This document shows positions 20,975 through 30,475 of a stretch of 64,000 nt of DNA, piece after piece. How positions within the stretch are numbered: the stretch's first letter is position 1; every line of letters begins with the position of its first letter. The position numbers and the translations under genes were made by a program. The notes under the pieces were generated by a model. The model saw only the letters and a list, made by a program, of their open reading frames with translations. It ran no database searches and had not been told where the DNA came from. Source of the DNA: Desulfosudaceae bacterium (GTDB taxonomy: Bacteria > Desulfobacterota > Desulfobacteria > Desulfobacterales > Desulfosudaceae); the NCBI GenBank assembly GCA_963674745.2, contig CAXXDV010000003.1:2304001-2368000 (forward strand), in the 5' to 3' direction.

Positions 20975-21553
20975 TCAGGGGCGAACGGATATCCCCATTT
21001 CCTGCCTGATGGATTCGATGTCCAGATCTTCAATCCAGTCGGGAAGATTCCGCCAGATGCCGTGGAAGCCAAAACCGCCTTCAGTCATTTCAGCAATGGC
21101 CGCCTGCTTTGTCCACCCCTGGACGACAACCCGGTAAAGCGCGCACATGGTACCGGTGCGGTCAGCGCCATGCTGACAATGAACGAGTACAGGCCCCCGG
21201 TTCGGATCAGTGGCGATCCTGAGGAACCGTACCGCATCTTCCCGCTCCGGATGCCAGGCGTGCATTGAAATATGCTCGTATGCCAGTCCGGTCCCATCGA
21301 TTTCGTCTTTGTCCGAATGGAATCCGCGAAGATTGACGATTGTTTTAATGCCCATCTGTTTAAGATTTTTCATACCGGTTTCATCGGGCTGGGCACTGCG
21401 GAACAGGTTTTTATCAACCCGGTGCAGATTGGGGACACCTTCGAGGCTGACGGGTTGCGCCCACCCGGCAGGACGGGTTGTAGCCGCATCTTCCGCCACG
21501 GCAAGGCCGGCCATTATGCCGCATATAAAAACAATCGTCAGTATTCTGATCAT
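20975..21553 (-). CDS. Exported protein-tyrosine/dual-specificity phosphatase family protein
   Basis: Signal peptide; FRSAQP; HCQHGADRTG (HCx5R). Confidence 0.88.
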   Translation of the reverse strand: MIRILTIVFICGIMAGLAVAEDAATTRPAGWAQPVSLEGVPNLHRVDKNLFRSAQPDETGMKNLKQMGIKTIVNLRGFHSDKDEIDGTGLAYEHISMHAWHPEREDAVRFLRIATDPNRGPVLVHCQHGADRTGTMCALYRVVVQGWTKQAAIAEMTEGGFGFHGIWRNLPDWIEDLDIESIRQEMGISVRP

Positions 21554-21581
21554 CTTTTTGTCTTCCTTTGGGATATCCGGA

Positions 21582-22868
21582 TCAATCTTCTGCCAGATGC
21601 CGGGCCAGCCGTTTTCCCAGGCCCAGCAGCGTCAAGGTGGGCGGCAAACCCCAGGCCTCAGGGATAACCGAGCAGTCGCAAACATAGAGGTTGTCCCGCC
21701 GTGTTTTCAGGTTGGCATCCACCAGGTCATTAATCTTGACCGTGCCCCCCGGATGGGCCGCCAGGCTCCAGCTTTTGAAAACGTCTTTGGCGCCGGCGTG
21801 TTCAAGAATCCTGCGGGCTTCACCGCAGCCCTTGTCGAGCTTGAGTTTATCTTCTCTGGAAAGGGTTTTTCGCACCCCCCCATGCCAGGTAATCCGGCCG
21901 CCAAGGTCGTCCCTGATTTTGACCATGATCATCAGGGTTTTTGAATGGGAAAAAACCTTGTGCGCTCTGAATCTGGGGGAAATCAGCGGCAGATAAATCA
22001 AGGCCGGTGTCTTCAAATCGGTCAGGACGTAGCCTTCTTCGTCCTTATGAATACCGGCCGCCATCTGGGTTTCACCCTTTGACCTGACGCCGTCGACCGT
22101 TCCGAAAACCATGTACAGGGGATCGTAGAAAAAATCATACCCGGAACTGTACAGACCGCTATGGCGCAACAGGACCGGAGAACCGATACCGCCGGCCGAT
22201 ACGATGATCTTATCGGCATATACCGAATGGGTCTTGAAATGCTTTTTGTATTCAACCCCAACGGCCTGGTTGCCTTCAAACAGAATCCGCGTGGCCCGGG
22301 CATTATTGATCAGCTCGGCGCCGCCGGCCGTGGCCTGTTCCACAAAATTTCTGGCCGTCCATTTGGCGCCATGGGGGCACCCGTAACTGCACAGCTCACA
22401 ATCCAGCCGACATTTATCCTGAAAGATGAATTTATTGATTTTCTGCCACTCATATCCCAGGTCCCGGGCACTTTCCATGATTTTGGCCGCGCCCGGCCCG
22501 ATCAGCTCATCTTTCAAAGGCGCGATGGGAATCTCGTTTTTCAGTTCCTTGATTTCTTCCGTAATGTCAATGCCGTAGGACTTCAGCATTTCATAGGGCG
22601 GCTCAAAAGCCGTGGCGCAGTAATACACGGAGCTGCCACCGGTGCCGATGCCCCGGATCATGGTCTGAAATTTATAATCGGTGAACATCAGGCCCTTGCC
22701 GGGTATGCCCACTGCCCGGGCGCATCGGACCAGAGAGCCGTTTACCGGGGCATTGCTTCCCCATTCCAGGATAAGGACTTTTTTACCCTGCCCTGTCAGT
22801 TCCCTGGCCACGGTCGCACCACCCGGACCGGATCCCACCACGATGTAATCATATTGTGGATTGTTCAT
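21582..22868 (-). CDS. GMC-family oxidoreductase
   Basis: IVVGSGPGG, GGSS, CxxCxxGC, HPGGT, NLYVCDCS. Confidence 0.88.
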   Translation of the reverse strand: MNNPQYDYIVVGSGPGGATVARELTGQGKKVLILEWGSNAPVNGSLVRCARAVGIPGKGLMFTDYKFQTMIRGIGTGGSSVYYCATAFEPPYEMLKSYGIDITEEIKELKNEIPIAPLKDELIGPGAAKIMESARDLGYEWQKINKFIFQDKCRLDCELCSYGCPHGAKWTARNFVEQATAGGAELINNARATRILFEGNQAVGVEYKKHFKTHSVYADKIIVSAGGIGSPVLLRHSGLYSSGYDFFYDPLYMVFGTVDGVRSKGETQMAAGIHKDEEGYVLTDLKTPALIYLPLISPRFRAHKVFSHSKTLMIMVKIRDDLGGRITWHGGVRKTLSREDKLKLDKGCGEARRILEHAGAKDVFKSWSLAAHPGGTVKINDLVDANLKTRRDNLYVCDCSVIPEAWGLPPTLTLLGLGKRLARHLAED

Positions 22869-22895
22869 GACTTCCTCCCTGTTTTATTGCGCCAA

Positions 22896-23897
22896 TTATA
22901 CTACAACCCGCTTTAAAGACGTCAGTTGATTCTGAACAGACATGCATCCTTTGATAGACGGATGGATTTCAGCCGGATGCACTGTCACGGAAAGCCCCAG
23001 ATGATCGGCCAGCAACTGATCAAACCCGGGAATCGTCATGGCCGCGCCGGTCGTGTGTATTGTGGTCCGATTCAACCGGTACTGCTGCTCTTTCGACAAT
23101 TTCCTGATAACCGTTTTGATCCGTTCGGTCAGCCGCACAAACGAGGGCATCAGCCCGACCGTGATGTCTTCGGTAGAAACATCCTGCTCGACCATGCGCC
23201 CCTGTTCAACTCTTCCCGCCCATGTTTCCCAGCCCGGTATCTTAACCACAGATGTCGGATCGACACCGTGTGACAGTAACTGTTTGGTAAGAGTCGCAAT
23301 ATCCGGACTAAAATGGCGGACAAGTAAAAGGTGGTTCCGGATATCCTCGACAAAGGAACGGATACCGATGGCACCGTTTTCTCCGGACAATACACCGGCC
23401 AGGGAAATGACCGCAAACGCGAACCAGTCATCAGAAACCGACAGCACGGCATTAATCTCCGGTTCCGTCACTTCCAGCTGCATCCCTATGGCGGTCGCCA
23501 TCGCCATATCCAGCAGAAAGACCTCGCGTGCGCCGCCTGCTTCAGCCATATCTTTTACAAACAGCTTCCCCGGTTCATCACTCCTGCAGGCGACCAGCAT
23601 TCTCGGGCGAACCAGAAATTTCTGTTTTTCTATATTTTTTACGCCATAACGAAACAGGGCCTGTGCGGCCTGTTGATCGGAAATGACGCCTTCGGCCATT
23701 ACCCTGCACACGGAAATGCCGTCCGGCTCCCGGTCAAGCATGTCCCGGGCTTCTTCCCCGCAGGCCAGCAGACCTTTGCCGTCTTTCCGGGTGGCGATAT
23801 AAGCGGACAAAACAAGTGGTTCCTGACTGTTCTGAGTACAGAAGATAAAGGCGTCATCTACAAGCGAAACACAAATATCTTTGCCGAATAAATTCAT
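22896..23897 (-). CDS. Divergent MreB/actin-like protein
   Basis: GEEARDMLDREP, EGVISD, AGGAREVFL, AIGMQLEVTEP align with MreB; nucleotide-binding motifs degenerate. Confidence 0.7.
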   Translation of the reverse strand: MNLFGKDICVSLVDDAFIFCTQNSQEPLVLSAYIATRKDGKGLLACGEEARDMLDREPDGISVCRVMAEGVISDQQAAQALFRYGVKNIEKQKFLVRPRMLVACRSDEPGKLFVKDMAEAGGAREVFLLDMAMATAIGMQLEVTEPEINAVLSVSDDWFAFAVISLAGVLSGENGAIGIRSFVEDIRNHLLLVRHFSPDIATLTKQLLSHGVDPTSVVKIPGWETWAGRVEQGRMVEQDVSTEDITVGLMPSFVRLTERIKTVIRKLSKEQQYRLNRTTIHTTGAAMTIPGFDQLLADHLGLSVTVHPAEIHPSIKGCMSVQNQLTSLKRVVV

Positions 23898-23938
23898 ATT
23901 ATCTTCATGTCCGATATATCATTCAACCGCCGAAATGG

Positions 23939-25147
23939 CTATCGGTCTTGAGATATTACCTCTTCGATGGCGTCTTTTAAAACGGCCAGGCCCGCTTCCA
24001 GTTCTTCCGCTTTTATATTCAGGGCCGGGAATATTCTGATACCATTGCCATGGGTCTGCCGGACAAACAATCTCCGGTTAAGACACGCTTCAGATATACG
24101 AGCAGCCGCCTCGTCATTTTTGAACTCAAGGAAAAGTAGCAACCCCGCCCCACGAACATCCGTAATCATGTCGGGGCAGTCCTGCTGCCACTGTTTCATG
24201 ATACCCATGGCCATGCTGTGCATCCGCTGAACATTTTCCGGGATATTCTGTTCAATGAGATGTTGAATAACGGCCGCCGCGACAGCGCACCCCAACGGAT
24301 TACCGCAGTAAGTCCCCCCATGATCTCCGATTTCCAGTCCGTTTGCAACCGTTTCCGATACCGCAAAGGCGCCAAAAGGAAATCCCCCCGCGATTCCCTT
24401 GGCCATGGTAAGAAAGTCGACCTGGACACCATATGCCTCAACAGCGAAAAACGGACCGGTTCTGCAAAATCCCGTCTGGATCTCGTCCGCGATCAGAAGA
24501 CTGCCGTTTTGTTGACACAGGTCTCTCACCGCTGCGAAGTATTGTCCGGGAGGGATCTGCACACCGCCCTCACCCTGGATCGGTTCAAGGATGACGGCAG
24601 CCACGTTTTCGTCCATGTTTTTCGACATGGCGTCATTGTCACCATAAGGTACAAACCGGTAGTTGGGCATCAACGGATTGAATTTTTCCCTGTGTTTTGA
24701 CTGCCCTGTGGCGGACGCGGTGCTGATGGTCCGGCCGTGAAAACTCTGAAAGGTTGAGATGACATCCATTCGACCCGTCACTTTACGGGCCAGTTTGATG
24801 GCGGCGTCATTGGCTTCCGCGCCGCTGTTGGAAAAAAATATGTGCGTGAGATTCGGGGGCAGTATGTCACGCATGCGCGAAAGCAGCCGGGCACGGGCCG
24901 GTGAGTACGTCAGGCCGGAATTCGGGTTCTGCAGAATCTTTGCCCCCTGCTCCTGCAGCGCCCTGACAATGACCGGGTGGCTGTGGCCGATGCATGTCAC
25001 GCCCCAGCCGGACGTAAAATCAATGTACCGGTTGCCTTCTTCGTCCCAGGCATAGATACCCTCTCCCCGTTCGATAGAGATTTTCTGCTTGACGAAGAAA
25101 GGCGCCATGTACTTATCTTCGATATCAAATGTATCTTTACTGGCCAT
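23939..25147 (-). CDS. Class III PLP aminotransferase (acetylornithine aminotransferase-like)
   Basis: NSGAEANDAAIKLAR, FHGRT, EPIQGEGG, DEIQTG, AKGIAGG. Confidence 0.9.
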   Translation of the reverse strand: MASKDTFDIEDKYMAPFFVKQKISIERGEGIYAWDEEGNRYIDFTSGWGVTCIGHSHPVIVRALQEQGAKILQNPNSGLTYSPARARLLSRMRDILPPNLTHIFFSNSGAEANDAAIKLARKVTGRMDVISTFQSFHGRTISTASATGQSKHREKFNPLMPNYRFVPYGDNDAMSKNMDENVAAVILEPIQGEGGVQIPPGQYFAAVRDLCQQNGSLLIADEIQTGFCRTGPFFAVEAYGVQVDFLTMAKGIAGGFPFGAFAVSETVANGLEIGDHGGTYCGNPLGCAVAAAVIQHLIEQNIPENVQRMHSMAMGIMKQWQQDCPDMITDVRGAGLLLFLEFKNDEAAARISEACLNRRLFVRQTHGNGIRIFPALNIKAEELEAGLAVLKDAIEEVISQDR

Positions 25148-25261
25148 GATGTAAATCTTCCTTTTGAATATTGCGTAAGGATCGTTGTCATCACCAGATT
25201 ATATCATTATCCGGCAGATTGTCGGCCACCTTCTGAAAATTGCGTGAGGCATTCAGAATCC

Positions 25262-25447
25262 CTGTGCCCGCCGGTTGAAGACCTGGTCGACATGATCCAC
25301 CGGCTACCTGGCCACGTCAGCGGCTGTCCGGGCCGGCTCTCTCCGGTAAGACTCTGAATATATTATTTTCTTTTTAGCCATTGAACACCTCCCTTTAGGC
25401 ATATAAACCTAATTTAGTAGGGTGTCTACTATTCGTGGGTAACTCCG
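25262..25447 (-). pseudogene. Degenerate IS3-family left end and orfA fragment (copy 2)
   Basis: Diverged copy of 26137-26336; MAKKKIIYSESYRRE then deletion and stop. Confidence 0.75.
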
Positions 25448-25449
25448 TA

Positions 25450-25510
25450 AGCTAACGGCGGGCATCAGCAGCCGCGGCTTTTTGCGGTCTGCTGAATGCC
25501 CTGGTTGAGC
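25450..25510 (-). repeat. attC (61 bp, short outlier type) of the TA cassette
   Basis: GCTCAAC...GGCATTCAGCAGACCGC-AAAAA-GCCGCGGCTGCTGATGCC...GTTAGCT. Confidence 0.85.
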
Positions 25511-25515
25511 CTTTT

Positions 25516-25854
25516 TTATCTTATTTCAAGTATTGTAGCGACTGCTTGGCAGATTTCGTCAAGTTCTTCGAGTGATAGTGACTCGATCTTCTTTTTCAGT
25601 CTGTGTTTTGCAACTGCTCGAATCTGATCCACCACGGCCACGGCAGCTCCCCCCTGACAATTAACCGGAACCGTGATTGGTGGATGTGATTTCGCAGCGG
25701 TGGAGAGAGGAACCACAACAACAGTCCGACGAAGACTGTTTATGGTATTGTGTGAAAGGACAACACAGGGACGAGTTTTTTTAATCTCGGAACCCTGCGT
25801 CGGGTCCAAACTCACCCACCAAATGTCACCCCGCGTGATAGTGGGTTCGGTCAT
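25516..25854 (-). CDS. PemK/MazF family toxin (cassette)
   Basis: RGDIWWVSLDPTQGSEIKKTRPCVVLS, DQIRAV. Confidence 0.93.
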   Translation of the reverse strand: MTEPTITRGDIWWVSLDPTQGSEIKKTRPCVVLSHNTINSLRRTVVVVPLSTAAKSHPPITVPVNCQGGAAVAVVDQIRAVAKHRLKKKIESLSLEELDEICQAVATILEIR

Positions 25855-26069
25855 TCCTCGATTCCGTCCTCAAATGCTTGCCACTCGTCGATCTCTTGCT
25901 CTAAAGCTTTGTCACGATTGGCTGCCCGGCAAGCAGCTGCCAGCGAGCTGTCTCGATCCTTTAACTCCTGTTCCAGCAAACGCGTAACAAGGCGAGATCG
26001 CTGACGGGCAGGTACTGCCGCCTGGAATCGATGAGCCACTTCATCTGGTATGGATAATGTAATTCTCAT
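25851..26069 (-). CDS. Antitoxin, ribbon-helix-helix-like (cassette)
   Basis: MRITLSIPDEV, RSRLV; ATGA overlap with toxin; acidic C-terminus. Confidence 0.85.
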   Translation of the reverse strand: MRITLSIPDEVAHRFQAAVPARQRSRLVTRLLEQELKDRDSSLAAACRAANRDKALEQEIDEWQAFEDGIEE

Positions 26070-26075
26070 AACTAC

Positions 26076-26104
26076 ATATTATGTTTTATGACTTATGATG
26101 TCAA
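26076..26104 (-). promoter_or_regulatory. Predicted sigma70 promoter of the TA cassette
   Basis: TTGACA-17 nt-TAATAT; three CATAA direct repeats in the spacer (possible antitoxin operator). Confidence 0.6.
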
Positions 26105-26113
26105 GCGTTTTTT

Positions 26114-26142
26114 GAGGCACGTCTTCAGCCAAAGGGCGCCAG
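26114..26142 (-). repeat. Truncated attC (family B, 3' arm only) with damaged core GTGCCTC
   Basis: gtcttcagccaaagggcgccag identical to family-B attC end, fused to the IS3 fragment. Confidence 0.75.
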
Positions 26143-26336
26143 TTGTAGATCTGGCCGACATGAATCCCCAGCTCCCTGGCCACGTCCGCAGCCGTCCGGT
26201 CCGGTAAAGATGCTAACCGGCCCGCCTCTCGCCGATAAGACTCTGAATATATTCTTTTCTTCCCAGCCATTTGACACCTCCTTTTAGGTATATAAACCTA
26301 ATTGATTAGGGTGTCTACTTTTCGTGGGTAACTCCG
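26137..26336 (-). pseudogene. IS3-family left end and truncated orfA (HTH) fragment (copy 1)
   Basis: IRL-like CGGAGTTACCCACGAAAAGTAGACACC; MAGKKRIYSESYRREA...VARELGIHVGQIYNWR. Confidence 0.8.
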
Positions 26337-26338
26337 CA

Positions 26339-26463
26339 AGCTAACGTCCGCCACCACCGGCAAGCAGGGCTTGCAGACTTCGCTAAAGTGAGTTTAACAC
26401 CAACCTATGCCTGAACCCAAGGCCGACCGCCCCTGCGAGTCCGTGTGAGTGGCATTGATATGT
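26339..26463 (-). repeat. attC family A; inverse core mutated (ACATATC)
   Basis: Family A arms; expected ACATAAC given cassette core GTTATGT. Confidence 0.85.
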
Positions 26464-26465
26464 TT

Positions 26466-27407
26466 TTATTTTGCCCCAGCCTGTTTAAGTAGTTCAACTA
26501 GTTCTTTATGCACACGGGTTTTTGATGCGAGCGATAAAGCCGTTTCACCGTCATTGTCTTTAGCATTAACCTCTGCCCCGCTTTCCAATAGCGCTTTTAC
26601 GACTTCAGTATGGCCGTTAATGGATGCATTAATTAATGCTGTTGCGCCTCTCTGGTTTTTGGCGTTTATCTCTGCCCCGTTTGCCAACAACGTTTTTATG
26701 ACTTCAACGTTTTCATTAATGGATGCATAGTGCAAAGCTGTCGAGTCTTTATCGTTTTTGGCGTTGACCTTCGCGCCACTTTCCAACAGCGCTTTTACGA
26801 CTTCAATATGGCCAAACCGGGAGGCTAACCTCAAAGCTGTCCAGCCTTCATTGCTTTCGGCGTTTACCTCTGCCCCTCCTGCCAGTAACGTCTTCACGAC
26901 TTCAACATGGCCATCTTGGGATGCCTTCTGCAAAGCTGTAATGCCTTCATTGTTTTTGGCGTTTACGTCTGCCCCGCTTACTAACAACGCTTTTACGACT
27001 TCAATGTGGCCTTCCTGAGATGCTATCTGCAAAGCTGTAAAGTCTTCATTATCTTTAGCATTGACAGTTGCTCCGTTTGCCAGAAGAGTTTTTACAACTT
27101 CAGCATGGCCACACTTGGATGCATTCATCAAAGCCGTTGCGCCTTTTTGGTTTTTGGCGTTGACTTCTGCCCCATTTGCCAACAGCGATTTTATGACTTC
27201 AATGTTTCCACCAATGGATGCATAGTGCAAAGCTGTCGATCCTATATCGTTTTTGGCGTTGACTTCTGATCCACTTTCAAGCAAGGATTTTACGGCCTGA
27301 ATATCACCTTTCTCGGCTACGGTGAATATATCGACATCATCCCTGGTACATGCCGGAATAGTTAATGGCAAGACAAAGAAAACTAGAAGAACAACTAAAT
27401 ATCTCAT
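26466..27407 (-). CDS. Ankyrin-repeat lipoprotein (cassette)
   Basis: ~9 repeats of TALxxASxxGHxEVVKxLLxxGAxVNAK; lipobox LTIPAC. Confidence 0.93.
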   Translation of the reverse strand: MRYLVVLLVFFVLPLTIPACTRDDVDIFTVAEKGDIQAVKSLLESGSEVNAKNDIGSTALHYASIGGNIEVIKSLLANGAEVNAKNQKGATALMNASKCGHAEVVKTLLANGATVNAKDNEDFTALQIASQEGHIEVVKALLVSGADVNAKNNEGITALQKASQDGHVEVVKTLLAGGAEVNAESNEGWTALRLASRFGHIEVVKALLESGAKVNAKNDKDSTALHYASINENVEVIKTLLANGAEINAKNQRGATALINASINGHTEVVKALLESGAEVNAKDNDGETALSLASKTRVHKELVELLKQAGAK

Positions 27408-27419
27408 GATTGTTTTAAA

Positions 27420-27543
27420 ACATAACGTCCGCCACCACCGGCGAGCAGGGTTTGCGGACTTCTTAAACGTTAGTTCAACACCACACTATGCTAAAACTAA
27501 GGCAGCACGCCCCTGCGAGTCTGTGTGAGTGGTGTTGTTAGGC
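27420..27543 (-). repeat. attC family A
   Basis: GCCTAAC...GTTATGT, 124 bp. Confidence 0.9.
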
Positions 27544-28029
27544 ATTCTCCTCATAACATATTGCTTCGAAGAATGATATTTTGTCCTTTAAAACAACCCT
27601 AAATGTAACTATTTTGTCATTCTTTCTATATTGAATTATATGACCAAAAAAAGAATCTTTAATCGTACAAATTGATTTAACGGGTATAGATACTGGTCGG
27701 AAGAAAATCCCACAGAAAATATTAAATGGAAAATGTAATCCGATTTCTACTCGATCTGATGTTACGTTTATCCAAACACAATTATTGCCACCCAAAACAT
27801 ATAAAATGCCTGCTGATGTCCATGTTTGTTCATATAGATAATCTGTATTTGAATGATAGAATATTGTATTACCAGTTTTTAAGAGCGCTATTGTTGATAA
27901 GCTGAGGTAGCTTACAATAAAAATTATGTTGTAAAAGTCACCTATCCTAAACCAATTGTAAATTCCCCAAAATAGTAAGATTCCGAAAGCAATGAAGCAT
28001 AATATTTCTATCCGACGGTTCTTGTTCAT
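27538..28029 (-). CDS. Membrane hypothetical protein (cassette)
   Basis: Two TM segments; stop lies in the attC inverse core. Confidence 0.7.
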   Translation of the reverse strand: MNKNRRIEILCFIAFGILLFWGIYNWFRIGDFYNIIFIVSYLSLSTIALLKTGNTIFYHSNTDYLYEQTWTSAGILYVLGGNNCVWINVTSDRVEIGLHFPFNIFCGIFFRPVSIPVKSICTIKDSFFGHIIQYRKNDKIVTFRVVLKDKISFFEAICYEENA

Positions 28030-28044
28030 GGACTCCCTTTTGAT

Positions 28045-28166
28045 TGCTAACGTCTTCAGCCAAAGGGCGCCAGGGCTTACTCTGACTGACTTAAAGGTGG
28101 TTAAAGTTTAATTCAGCGCGGTTGTTCAAAACCCGAGTGCCCTGGCGATCCTATTGCGCTGAATGG
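28045..28166 (-). repeat. attC family B, interrupted at its inverse core by the recombinase/HUH element; remainder at 30467-30472
   Basis: Family B arms end gaatgG|TT; cassette core GTTAGAAAA (30927-30935) matches 30466-30474. Confidence 0.88.
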
Positions 28167-28259
28167 TTGAACGAAGCCGCTACGCGGCGGATTAATAAAA
28201 AACAAGGTATACTCCAATACGTGCTCAATTACGGGCACCCCCAATGAAAGGAGTATACC

Positions 28260-29164
28260 ATGAACGATTCGGAAGTAAAACGTTTCAACCGGCTTTATGA
28301 GAGGCACCTGGAGTTGCTCAAGCTTCAGGGTATGAGTCCGAGGACCATTGATCTCTATGCCCGTTCAGTCCGCCGCATTCGTAACCATTTTGATTGTTGT
28401 CCCGACCATTTGCGTCCGGAACAATTGGAAGGTTATTTCTCTCAGCTGGTGGATAGCCATTCCTGGAGCACGGTCAGGGTTGACCGTAACGGCTTGCAGT
28501 TCTTCTGGCGGTATGTGCTCGGAAAGGACTGGGAATGGATCAAGATCGTCAAACCGCCGAAAGTCAAAACCATACCGGACATTCTTACCGTTTCCGAAGT
28601 TGAACGGATCATCGGCAAAACCAAGAAATTGCGTTACCGGGTATTTCTGCTGACAACCTATTCCATGGGATTGCGTCTGGAAGAGACGTTGTCCCTCCAG
28701 ATCGGAGACATTGATGCCGAACGCAAAAAGGTTCATATTCGTCGGGGCAAAGGCCATAAAGATCGAATGCTGCCGTTGCCGGACCTGACGTTGCTGGGCC
28801 TGCGGGAGCTTTGGTGTAAGCATCGTCATCCTAATTTGTTATTTCCCAATTGCAAGGGGTCTTTAGAGACCATCCGGGCGGCCACCAACTTTATGGATAA
28901 AGGCGGCTGCCAGAGGGCCATGAAAGTCGTCGTCGCCGAATGCGGCATTAAAAAAAAGTATCCATCCACTCCTTGCGACACAGTTTTGCCACCCACCTGC
29001 TTGAACGCGGCTTAAGCCTCCGACACATCCAGGCCTTGCTTGGCCATGCCAGTCCCTCCACAACAGCACGTTATACGCATCTAAGCGATATAACGGAGCA
29101 GGACAGCCTGACTGTCTTAAATGAGTTGATAAATACAATCCATGTTGATTTTAGAAAGGTATGA
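28260..29164 (+). CDS. Tyrosine recombinase split by a -1 frameshift at A8G (28950-28958)
   Basis: Frame 1: SAM-like N-terminus, [16 protein letters not shown]; frame -1: [17 protein letters not shown]...TTARYTH. Confidence 0.88.
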
Positions 29165-30216
29165 TTATGGAACTGGCATCAATTATTGATCAGTACGCTG
29201 ACAGGTTTATGGAAAAGCACGGCCAAAAAGCCTTGCCGGGGCATCTTAAAGCCTTGCGTGCCATACGCAGGTGCCGCACTCCTGCCTCCGGAGAATTTTA
29301 CGTTCAGTGCCCCGGCTGCCAACATGGACAATGGAAACCAATGTCCTGCGGGCACCGGAGCTGCCCCAAATGCCAGAATCATGAGGCCAGTCAGTGGATC
29401 GACCGGCAGCAGGAGAAACTGCTTCCGGTGCTTTACTTTATGGCGACGTTTACGCTGCCGTTTGAACTCCGTCCGCTGGCCTGGAACAATCAGCGGGATG
29501 TATATTCAATCTTCTTTTCCTGTGTGTCCGAAACACTCAAGGATTTTGGCTTAAACCCGAAGCAAATGGGCGCAGAAATCGGTTTGACCATGGTTCTGCA
29601 TACGAACACCCGAAGTCTGGATTATCATCCTCATATCCATGTGGTGGTGCCCGGCGGCGGGATTGATAAGCGCCGGCGACAATGGAAAAAGAAAAAAGGA
29701 AAATATCTGTTTAATGAGTTTAACCTGGCCACGGTCTTTCGTGCCCGTTTTCTGGCCGCTTTAAGAAAAGCCGGCCTTTATGTGCCTAAAAACACACCTG
29801 CGGAATGGGTCGTGGATTGTGAAAAGGTCGGTAACGGGCTCCCGGTCATAAAGTACCTGTCCCGGTACTTATACCGGGGTGTAATCAGTGAAAAGAATAT
29901 TGTGGCCAATGAAAATGGCCGGGTCACCTTCAGGTACACTGAAAGCGGCACCGGCCATACCCGTTATCGTACGCTTGACGGAGAAGATTTTCTCCAGCTC
30001 ATTCTGCAGCATGTCCTGCCCAAGGGCTTCCGCAGGGTGCGCGATTACGGGTTTCTTCATGGCAACGCCAAAAAGACGCTGCAACTGGTGCAATTGATCC
30101 TGCATGTCCGGCTTGGAATAAAAACCCAACGCCCAAGGCCTGCTGTAAAGTGCCCCCGTTGCCACATCCCGATGGTCATCAAAGGGTTCCGTTACGCGGC
30201 CTGGAAGCCCGGATAA
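29161..30216 (+). CDS. IS91-family (Y2/HUH) transposase
   Basis: Zn-binding CPGC...[37 protein letters not shown]. Confidence 0.94.
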   Translation: MIMELASIIDQYADRFMEKHGQKALPGHLKALRAIRRCRTPASGEFYVQCPGCQHGQWKPMSCGHRSCPKCQNHEASQWIDRQQEKLLPVLYFMATFTLPFELRPLAWNNQRDVYSIFFSCVSETLKDFGLNPKQMGAEIGLTMVLHTNTRSLDYHPHIHVVVPGGGIDKRRRQWKKKKGKYLFNEFNLATVFRARFLAALRKAGLYVPKNTPAEWVVDCEKVGNGLPVIKYLSRYLYRGVISEKNIVANENGRVTFRYTESGTGHTRYRTLDGEDFLQLILQHVLPKGFRRVRDYGFLHGNAKKTLQLVQLILHVRLGIKTQRPRPAVKCPRCHIPMVIKGFRYAAWKPG

Positions 30217-30409
30217 AACGCTGCCGCGGCTATGACCCGGCGCAAAAAAGAACAGGAGGCAATCACACCCATGAACAAAATTGTCTTTTTAAAACCTGCC
30301 TTCAGGTTAAGGGATCCCTGCGTCCTGCAAAAAAAGTACTATCCAGGTTCACGCCGTTTGCCCACTACCCCAAATTAAATATTTTCTTTATTATAAGACC
30401 GACGGGCTT

Positions 30410-30472
30410 GTTCAACCCCGGATAAGATCGTGGCTCGTTGTCACTCACACGATCTATCCTTGTTCGTTAGAA
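30410..30472 (+). repeat. attC-like hairpin belonging to the IS91-like element
   Basis: GTTCAAC-CCC-GGATA(A)GATCGTG-loop-CACGATCTATCC-TTGTTC-GTTAGAA; extrahelical base on the + strand left arm. Confidence 0.78.
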
Positions 30473-30475
30473 AAA

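Larger units (their letters stand above)
28167..30466 (+). mobile_element. IS91-like element (tyrosine recombinase + HUH/Y2 transposase) with terminal attC-like hairpin, inverted relative to the array
   Basis: Boundaries G|TT at both ends; start GTTGAACGAAGCC complementary to GGCTTGTTCAAC at 30405-30416. Confidence 0.88.

Noticed and set aside
925..23897. Magnetosome genes (MamB/M-like CDF, MamA-like TPR, MamK-like actin)
   Set aside because: Genes are scattered among housekeeping loci, no other mam genes are present, and the actin lacks ATPase motifs.
26079..26270. Intact 63-aa gene
   Set aside because: Chimera of an IS3 orfA fragment, an attC remnant and the TA promoter.
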